Origin: Candidatus Udaeobacter sp. | GTDB lineage: Bacteria; Verrucomicrobiota; Verrucomicrobiia; Chthoniobacterales; UBA10450 | Length of the DNA: 42,279 bases | NCBI GenBank assembly: GCA_035258625.1 | Contig: DATFXC010000150.1 | Location: forward strand, 1 to 42,279 | Direction: 5' to 3' | Part shown: in pieces, positions 36,291 to 42,279 of the stretch | How positions within the stretch are numbered: position 1 is the stretch's first letter | Layout: every line of letters starts with the position of its first letter | Position numbers and translations under genes: made by a program | The notes under the pieces: generated by a model | What the model was told of the DNA's origin: nothing | The model's database searches: none | The model's input: the letters and a program-made list of their open reading frames with translations, nothing else

Positions 36291-36335
36291 AAATACCGCT
36301 TTCAGCCTGAGCTCGCGGGTTGCTCTGCGTAACGA

Positions 36336-37307
36336 ATGCGACATTGTCATTCCCCAATGGCCCCACCGAAGAAAACGTTTGTTATCATCGCGTTTGCCGC
36401 GCTGTATGTGATTTGGGGATCAACGTATCTCGGCATTCGGTTTTCCATTGAAACGATTCCGCCGTTTCTGATGGCAGGCGCGCGATTTGTTTTGGCCGGG
36501 TTGATCATGTATGCGATTGCCTGGTCGCAGGGAACAGGCAAATCGACCTGGAGGAACTGGCGCACGTCGTTCATCATCGGAGCGTGTTTGCTTCTCGGCG
36601 GCAACGGTGGGGTGACGATCTCACAACAGTATATCGATTCCGGGTTGGCGGCGCTGATCGTGGCGATCGTTCCGATTTACATCACGCTGCTTGGGTGGGC
36701 CACGGGAATGGCAGCTCAGCCGACGCCAATCATGTGGATGGGGCTTGCTGGCGGTTTTATTGGGGTGGGAATCCTATTCGGACCGGGTTTACATCTTCAC
36801 TCTCCAGGCGGACGAAATCCTGTGATCGGAATATCGATCCTGCTCGTCACAAGTTTCATTTGGTCGGCGGGCTCGCTTTACTCCCGCGCTACGAAACATG
36901 CGCCCTCACCATTTCTCACTGCTGCTCAACAAATGATCTGTGGAGGAGTTTTGCTTTTGGTTGCAGGTCTTATTACCGGTGAACTGCCGCGGTTTCATCC
37001 CAGTTCCGTTTCCATGTTGTCGTTAGGCGCGTTTGTTTATCTCGTAATCATCGGCGCTGTGGTTGGGTATACGGCTTACATTTGGCTGTTGCGTCATTGC
37101 GACCCGGCGAAGGTCGCCACTTACGCTTATGTGAATCCAATTGTTGCCGTGTTGCTCGGCACCTTTTTCGCAGGTGAAACCGTCACCGCACGCATGTTGG
37201 TTGCCGCCGTTCTCATCATCGGTTCGGTGGCGCTCATCATTACGGCTCAACAGCTACGAGCCCGCGCCGAGCCAGCCTTGAGCGCTGCGATGGAGCCTGC
37301 TGATTGA
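36336..37307 (+). CDS. EamA/DMT-family transporter
   Basis: Ten TM segments in a two-EamA-repeat pattern (ALYVIWGSTYLGIRF...; ...YAYVNPIVAVLLG). An alternative ATG lies at 36357. Confidence 0.8.
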   Translation: MRHCHSPMAPPKKTFVIIAFAALYVIWGSTYLGIRFSIETIPPFLMAGARFVLAGLIMYAIAWSQGTGKSTWRNWRTSFIIGACLLLGGNGGVTISQQYIDSGLAALIVAIVPIYITLLGWATGMAAQPTPIMWMGLAGGFIGVGILFGPGLHLHSPGGRNPVIGISILLVTSFIWSAGSLYSRATKHAPSPFLTAAQQMICGGVLLLVAGLITGELPRFHPSSVSMLSLGAFVYLVIIGAVVGYTAYIWLLRHCDPAKVATYAYVNPIVAVLLGTFFAGETVTARMLVAAVLIIGSVALIITAQQLRARAEPALSAAMEPAD

Positions 37308-37382
37308 AAAAGAACGCGGAAGTCGCATCAGCGTAAACCGCAGTCAACTTGGAAACCGCGTTCGGCTGCGCTTTAATGCGGC

Positions 37383-38549
37383 ATGGGCGCCGAGCAGAAA
37401 GATCATCAACAAACGATCGATGCTGCAAGGCGCAACTGGCAGGCAGAAGTCGAAACTGCGCAAACGTACCGCGATCTCGCTGAACGTGAACGCGACCAAA
37501 AACGCAAAGGCATTCTCTTGCGCATGGCAGAAGCAGAAGAGCGGCATGCGCAGCGTTGGGAAGCAAAGCTAAAGGAGCTTGGTGCCGAGGCGCCTGTTTT
37601 CAGGAACACGATTGCGCGCCGTCTAAATCGGTGGTGGAACAAGATCGCCGGAGCTGAAATTGCCATTCGCCGAATGGAAGCGACGGAAGAACGGCAGGAA
37701 GCAGAATTTCACGATCAAGCTGAGCGTGCGTTCGCGGGCCAGGAGGACGTTCAGGAATTTCTGCGAAAAAGCGCGATCGAAGAGAAAGCTCATGCGCGGG
37801 TGCTCAGCGCGATGGCGCCGCCGACGAATCCGCGCACGGCGTTGGATAAAATTCTCAAGCGCGAACGCTGGCACGGACGCGGCATGAGTTGGGTGGCCGA
37901 CGCGATTTACGGCGCAAACGATGGGCTTGGTGCAGTGTTTGGAATCGTTTCTGGCGTCGCTGGCGCCACAAATAATCAACAGCATTACATTTTGATCTCC
38001 GGCCTTGCCGGCATGCTCGCTTCAACTCTGTCGATGGGCGCGGGCGCGTATCTCGCTGCGAAAAGTGAAGCAGAGGTGTACGAAGCAGAAATCTCGCGCG
38101 AGCGCGCCGAGGTGCAGGAGAACCCTGAAGAAGAAATCGAAGAAATGTCGCTCTTTTATCAGTTGCAGGGATTCACTCCCGAAGAATCGCAGAAAATGGC
38201 GGAACGCCTCGCTGAACAGCCTGAGCAATTCGTGCAGGCGATGGCGCAAAGCGAGCTTGGCTTGTCCGAGCATCGGTTTCCAAATCAATGGACTGCTGCC
38301 TTGTCAGCCGGCATTTCCACGGCAATCGGCGCATTCGTTCCGATCATTCCGTTCTTTTTCTCTGGCGGCCTCGACGCCGTTATCGGCTCGTTTGGAATCA
38401 GTCTTGTAGCGCACTTTGCCGTAGGCGCACTGAAATCGCTGATCACCATCCGCTCGTGGTGGGCGTCTGGTCTGGAGATGACTTGGATTGGGATCATCGT
38501 CGCGGTCGTCACGTACGGGCTCGGACTTGCGTTTGGCTCTTTCGGGTAA
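37383..38549 (+). CDS. ferritin-like (erythrin) domain fused to a VIT1/CCC1 iron/manganese transporter (MbfA-like)
   Basis: N-terminal ExxH pairs (EAEERHAQRW, EEKAHARV). C-terminal VIT1 pattern: DAIYGANDGLGAVFGIVSGVAG, SMGAGAYLAAKSE, then TM helices. Confidence 0.8.
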   Translation: MGAEQKDHQQTIDAARRNWQAEVETAQTYRDLAERERDQKRKGILLRMAEAEERHAQRWEAKLKELGAEAPVFRNTIARRLNRWWNKIAGAEIAIRRMEATEERQEAEFHDQAERAFAGQEDVQEFLRKSAIEEKAHARVLSAMAPPTNPRTALDKILKRERWHGRGMSWVADAIYGANDGLGAVFGIVSGVAGATNNQQHYILISGLAGMLASTLSMGAGAYLAAKSEAEVYEAEISRERAEVQENPEEEIEEMSLFYQLQGFTPEESQKMAERLAEQPEQFVQAMAQSELGLSEHRFPNQWTAALSAGISTAIGAFVPIIPFFFSGGLDAVIGSFGISLVAHFAVGALKSLITIRSWWASGLEMTWIGIIVAVVTYGLGLAFGSFG

Positions 38550-38614
38550 GAGCGCCGTCACGCTGGTGATAGCCTGTCGCGTACGGTGACGTGCTGCTTC
38601 GTAATATCGAGAAT

Positions 38615-38634
38615 GCGTCCCAATATCGGGACGC
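38615..38634. promoter_or_regulatory. inverted repeat GCGTCCC-N6-GGGACGC, candidate enhancer (UAS) for the downstream sigma-54 promoter
   Basis: Perfect 7-bp arms about 100 bp upstream of the -24 element. AATATCG also occurs twice (38603, 38622). Confidence 0.3.
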
Positions 38635-38720
38635 GGAAATCCCACAAGCGGCAACGTAAACGAAATTCCTTGAGTAAACGCAGATCGGTGCCGAACTGAA
38701 TTGAGGAGAGTGACGACTGT

Positions 38721-38736
38721 TGGCACGCGCATTGCA
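38721..38736 (+). promoter_or_regulatory. sigma-54 (RpoN) promoter, TGGCACG-N4-TTGCA
   Basis: TGGCACGCGCATTGCA matches the -24/-12 consensus TGGCACG-N4-TTGCW at every conserved position with the correct GG-N10-GC spacing. It lies 97 nt upstream of the ADOP start. A sigma-54 EBP gene follows the permease. Confidence 0.7.
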
Positions 38737-38832
38737 AAGCAAATTGACACTCCCCAAACACGCAGTTGAGAAATAGTGAGTGTTCGAAGCGCCATCTTCC
38801 CCAGACGTAGACCAACGCATACCACGGAATTA

Positions 38833-41244
38833 ATGAAAGATCTGTTAATGGATCTCCGCTATGCGCTGCGGGTGCTTTGGAAATCACCAGCGTTTACGCT
38901 CGTCGCTTTGGTCACTTTAATGTTGGGCATTGGGGCGAACGTCGTCGTCTTCGGAGTCGTGAATGCGGTCCTGCTGCACCCGCTGGATGTGAGCGACCCG
39001 CAGAATCTCTATCAATTTCGCCTCAAGCCGTGGACTCAAGGCAAGGCACTTACTACATCCTATCCTGCGTTCGAAGACTATCGGCAGCGCAACACGACCT
39101 TCAGTGAGATAGCCGGCTATGACGGGTTTTCTGGGGGAAGACTGAGCTGGGGTGACTCGGTAAAAAGTGTCTCCGGCTATTCGGTCACTGGCAATTATTT
39201 CGAAATGCTCGGGGTGCAACCAGAATTAGGGCGGCTTATCCAGCCGTCGACCGAGCACGGTCCGAATTCAGCGCCCTATATTGTCTTGAGCGACCATTTA
39301 TGGCGAACAGGATTCAACGCCGATCCGGCTGTAGTCGGAACGACGGTGCGGCTCAACAAGGATTCGTTCAGCGTGATCGGTGTGGCCCCGGCGCGGTTCC
39401 ACGGCACCGAGCAATTTGAATGGCCCGACTATTTCATTCCCGTCGTGAACCGTTTCGACGCGGAATACCTGGCAGACCGGACGGGAAGACCTTTGACGGT
39501 GCTCGGCCGATTGAAGCCTGGCGTGACGCCGCAGCAGGCAGCCGAAAATCTGAGCGCGATCGCGACCGAATTGGCCCAAGAGTATCCAAAGACCGACACG
39601 GGAGTGCCGCTGCGACTGATCCGTCCAGGACTGCAAGGGGACGCCGGCGATGTGATTCGCGGATTTCTTTACAGCGTTACCGGGTTGGCTCTGCTGGTGC
39701 TGGTGGCGGCGTGCGCCAATTTGGCGAGCCTTTTTGCCGCGCGCACCGCCGATCGCAGCCGCGAGCTAGCAACGCGGGTCGCCCTGGGTGCCAGTCGCTG
39801 GCGACTGGTTAGGCAACTGATGACCGAAGCAATGGTGTTGTCGATCTTGGGCGGAGCCGCGGGACTCGTGATCGCGGGTGTGCTGCTGCGTGTGCTTATC
39901 CAGTGGCGATCGCACGGTCATCTGGCAGCCAGCGTGGATGCGCGTGTTTACCTGGCAGCTCTGATCTTGACAGTGTTAAGCGCGTTGCTGTTTGGGATGA
40001 TTCCGGCGCAGCACGTGTCGCAGAGCAGTCCGTTACAGGCGATGAAGGGCGGACGGGTGGATTCAACGCCGCTGCGTCGATTTACGCTGCGCGACTTGTT
40101 GTTAGGCGCACAAATTGCCATTTGCATGCTTTTGGTAACCGCCTCACTGGTCGCCTTCCGCGGCATGGTCCGCATGTTGCACACCCCGCTGGGCTTTCAG
40201 CCGCAGGGAGCAATGCTGGCCCAGATAGACTTGAGTGAGATGGACGAGCGAGGTGACACACTGCTTCAGAAACAGAAAGCCATGCTCGGGGCGGTGCAGA
40301 GGATTCTAGGCGTAACAGCTGCGGGTGCTGTTAACCGCGTACCGTTCACCGGCGGGCTGCGCGGCGTTCCGATTTTCCCGCCAGGAACGACAGACTTCAA
40401 TCTGAACAATTCTGTGCTGGCGCCATATGTGTTTACGATGTCGCCGGGGTACCTGGAGGTTGCGGGCACCAGCCTACTGAGTGGGCGAGATGTATCATGG
40501 CATGATACCAAAACGACGCCGTATGTGGCGATCGTGAATCAAACCTTCGCGCAAAAGATGTGGGGCGAAACACCCGCTATTGGACAACGCTTCGTTCTTC
40601 AGAATCACCTGACGGAAGTGGTGGGCGTGGCCGAAGACGGCAAGTATTACGAAATCATGGACTCGCAACAACCGGCGGTGTTCCTACCGTTATTGCAAAC
40701 CGAGAACGGCGTCGCGGTCTTCGTGGTGCGGTCGCAAAGGGCGCATAACGAGATGGCCGCGGAACTCGAACGCACGCTGACCGACCTCGAACCAAACGCG
40801 CAAGTCAGAGTGCAGAGCTGGCCGGACGCGATAGCGCGTACATTTTTCCCGGCGCAAGCGGCCGCGGTGGCATTGGGCGTTATGGGTTTGCTCGCCGCGA
40901 TGCTGGCAGTGACAGGCATCTTCGGTATGGCGGCCTACAACGTGAGCCGCAGGATGAAGGAACTCGGTATCCGCGTGGCTTTGGGCGCGCGCGAGAAACA
41001 TGTGATGAGCACAGCTGTGGGGCATCCAATCGTAACCCTTATAGTCGGGTCGTTGTTAGGCCTGCTATTAGGCCTTTTCGCCAGTCGCCTGCTGGGGCAC
41101 ATTGTGTATCAAGCGGATCCGCGCGATCCCGTAGTGTTGGTCGCCGCGGTGCTAATGATGACGTTTCTCGGCGTAGCAGCCTCTGCCATTCCAGCGCTAC
41201 GTGCGATTAGCATCGACCCATCGAAACTCCTGCGGGAGGAATGA
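38833..41244 (+). CDS. ADOP-family duplicated ABC-transporter permease (MacB/FtsX-like, two FtsX repeats)
   Basis: The MKDLLMDLRYALRVLWKSPAFTLVALVTLMLGIGANVVVF start is the ADOP/MacB-like signature. It has two periplasmic MacB-PCD-like regions, each followed by an FtsX 3-TM block (RELATRVALGASRWRL; ELGIRVALGAREKHV). The track start is 38776. Confidence 0.85.
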   Translation: MKDLLMDLRYALRVLWKSPAFTLVALVTLMLGIGANVVVFGVVNAVLLHPLDVSDPQNLYQFRLKPWTQGKALTTSYPAFEDYRQRNTTFSEIAGYDGFSGGRLSWGDSVKSVSGYSVTGNYFEMLGVQPELGRLIQPSTEHGPNSAPYIVLSDHLWRTGFNADPAVVGTTVRLNKDSFSVIGVAPARFHGTEQFEWPDYFIPVVNRFDAEYLADRTGRPLTVLGRLKPGVTPQQAAENLSAIATELAQEYPKTDTGVPLRLIRPGLQGDAGDVIRGFLYSVTGLALLVLVAACANLASLFAARTADRSRELATRVALGASRWRLVRQLMTEAMVLSILGGAAGLVIAGVLLRVLIQWRSHGHLAASVDARVYLAALILTVLSALLFGMIPAQHVSQSSPLQAMKGGRVDSTPLRRFTLRDLLLGAQIAICMLLVTASLVAFRGMVRMLHTPLGFQPQGAMLAQIDLSEMDERGDTLLQKQKAMLGAVQRILGVTAAGAVNRVPFTGGLRGVPIFPPGTTDFNLNNSVLAPYVFTMSPGYLEVAGTSLLSGRDVSWHDTKTTPYVAIVNQTFAQKMWGETPAIGQRFVLQNHLTEVVGVAEDGKYYEIMDSQQPAVFLPLLQTENGVAVFVVRSQRAHNEMAAELERTLTDLEPNAQVRVQSWPDAIARTFFPAQAAAVALGVMGLLAAMLAVTGIFGMAAYNVSRRMKELGIRVALGAREKHVMSTAVGHPIVTLIVGSLLGLLLGLFASRLLGHIVYQADPRDPVVLVAAVLMMTFLGVAASAIPALRAISIDPSKLLREE

Positions 41245-41248
41245 ATCC

Positions 41249-42279
41249 GTGACAAGAATTCTAATCGCAGACGACCAGCGCGACGTGCTCGAGGCACTGC
41301 GCATCTTGCTGAAGAACGAAGGCTATCAGACAGAAGGAGTCACCTCGATTTCAGGCGTCTTCCACGCGCTGGAAAAGAAAGAGTACGCGCTGTTGCTGAT
41401 GGATTTGAACTACACCCGCGACACCACTTCCGGCCAGGAGGGTTTGGCAGCGATTGTGAAAATTCAGGAGATCGATTCGACGCTGCCGATCGTGGTGATG
41501 ACCGCCTGGGCTACCATCGAACTAGCCGTGGAAGCAATGAAACGCGGCGCACGCGATTTCGTGACCAAGCCGTGGGATAACCAGCGATTGCTGATGATCG
41601 TCAGGACGCAGATCGAGCTTGCTGCCGCGCTTCGCCGGGAGCGCAAGCTTGAAGCGGAAAATGAAATTCTGCGCGGCACCATGCCGGATTTGATTGCGCA
41701 ATCGCCCTCAATGCAGCCTGTCGTTGAAATGATTTCTCGCGTAGCGCCATCGGATGCGAACGTGCTGATTACGGGGGAAAACGGCACGGGGAAAAGTTTG
41801 ATTGCGCAGGCGATTCACGCTCTTTCGCCGCGCGCAACCCGAACCATGATCACCGTCAATATGGGCGGTCTATCCGAGACATTATTTGAGAGCGAACTAT
41901 TCGGACACGTGAAAGGCGCGTTTACTGACGCAAAAACGGACCGCGCAGGACGCTTTGAACTCGCCGATGAGAGCACCCTGTTCATGGATGAGATCGCAAA
42001 TATCCCACTTGCTCAACAGGCAAAGCTTCTGCGGGTGATTGAGACCGGCGATTTCGAGCGGGTCGGTTCATCAAAAACACTTCACGCAAACGTGCGAATC
42101 ATCTCCGCCACAAACGCGAATCTGGAGAATGAGATTGCAGCCGGCCGTTTTCGACAGGACCTCCTTTTTCGGCTCAATACGATCGAGATCGAATTGCCGC
42201 CGTTGCGCGATCGACGCGAAGACATCATGCCGCTGGCAAACAGCTTTCTTCGCCAACACGCGGAGCGTTATCGCAAACA
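41249..42279 (+). CDS. sigma-54-dependent response regulator (NtrC family EBP); partial, runs off the right edge
   Basis: Absent from the track (no in-window stop). GTG at 41249, then [17 protein letters not shown]...LLLMDLNY...KP (receiver). AAA+ domain follows with Walker [15 protein letters not shown] (GAFTGA loop variant), Walker B LFMDEI, and [10 protein letters not shown]. Confidence 0.85.
   Translation, partial: MTRILIADDQRDVLEALRILLKNEGYQTEGVTSISGVFHALEKKEYALLLMDLNYTRDTTSGQEGLAAIVKIQEIDSTLPIVVMTAWATIELAVEAMKRGARDFVTKPWDNQRLLMIVRTQIELAAALRRERKLEAENEILRGTMPDLIAQSPSMQPVVEMISRVAPSDANVLITGENGTGKSLIAQAIHALSPRATRTMITVNMGGLSETLFESELFGHVKGAFTDAKTDRAGRFELADESTLFMDEIANIPLAQQAKLLRVIETGDFERVGSSKTLHANVRIISATNANLENEIAAGRFRQDLLFRLNTIEIELPPLRDRREDIMPLANSFLRQHAERYRK

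Noticed and set aside
37870-37885. TGGCACGgacgcGGCA with correct GG-N10-GC spacing
   Set aside because: It lies inside the MbfA-like coding frame and lacks the TT of the -12 element.
1-42279. CRISPR arrays, tRNA/rRNA genes, transposases/integrases, toxin-antitoxin or known defence-system genes
   Set aside because: I scanned all intergenic regions over 50 nt and all ORFs. I found no direct-repeat/spacer periodicity, no cloverleaf-like segments with a T-loop GTTCGAATC-type motif, and no recombinase or nuclease-ATPase gene pairs.

Overview
42.3-kb chromosomal window from a moderately GC-rich diderm bacterium. The gene families and the many palindromic intergenic repeats suggest a soil Verrucomicrobia/PVC-like or Acidobacteria-like genome; this is inference only. 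All family calls come from reading motifs in the translated ORFs; no database search was run. Layout: (a) 1-14.3 kb is mostly housekeeping and signalling. It holds an edge-truncated MBL-nuclease/ATP-ligase fusion on the minus strand (absent from the ORF track), a STAS + GAF-PP2C partner-switching pair coupled to grpE-dnaJ, an HMGL-like lyase, rsmE, a 630-aa CarD-like/GreA fusion, a TerC protein, a small secreted protein, a MASE1 hybrid kinase and a RumA-type RNA methyltransferase. (b) 14.4-32.8 kb is an unusually expanded potassium-homeostasis locus: NhaD/ArsB-type antiporter, three stacked mini-ORFs (the last a canonical kdpF), kdpA, a 146-nt composite palindromic element, kdpB, kdpC, a repeat-bearing spacer, an outer-membrane porin, a second orphan kdpA paralog with diverged pore loops, MAPEG, small membrane proteins, a second OM beta-barrel, kdpD, kdpE, and an APC-fold permease-USP fusion with a Kup-like YGDxGTS motif. 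(c) 32.8-42.3 kb holds a lycopene-cyclase-domain protein, serA, two tandem GlsB/YeaQ paralogs, an EamA transporter, an MbfA-like ferritin-VIT protein, then a perfect sigma-54 promoter driving an ADOP duplicated permease and a sigma-54 enhancer-binding response regulator (truncated at the right edge). I recognised no rRNA, tRNA, CRISPR, transposase, integrase or phage genes. The observations most worth follow-up are the orphan KdpA paralog, the extra mini-ORFs ahead of kdpF, the structured elements inside the kdp operon that are each bridged by an exactly fitting ORF, and the sigma-54/ADOP module.
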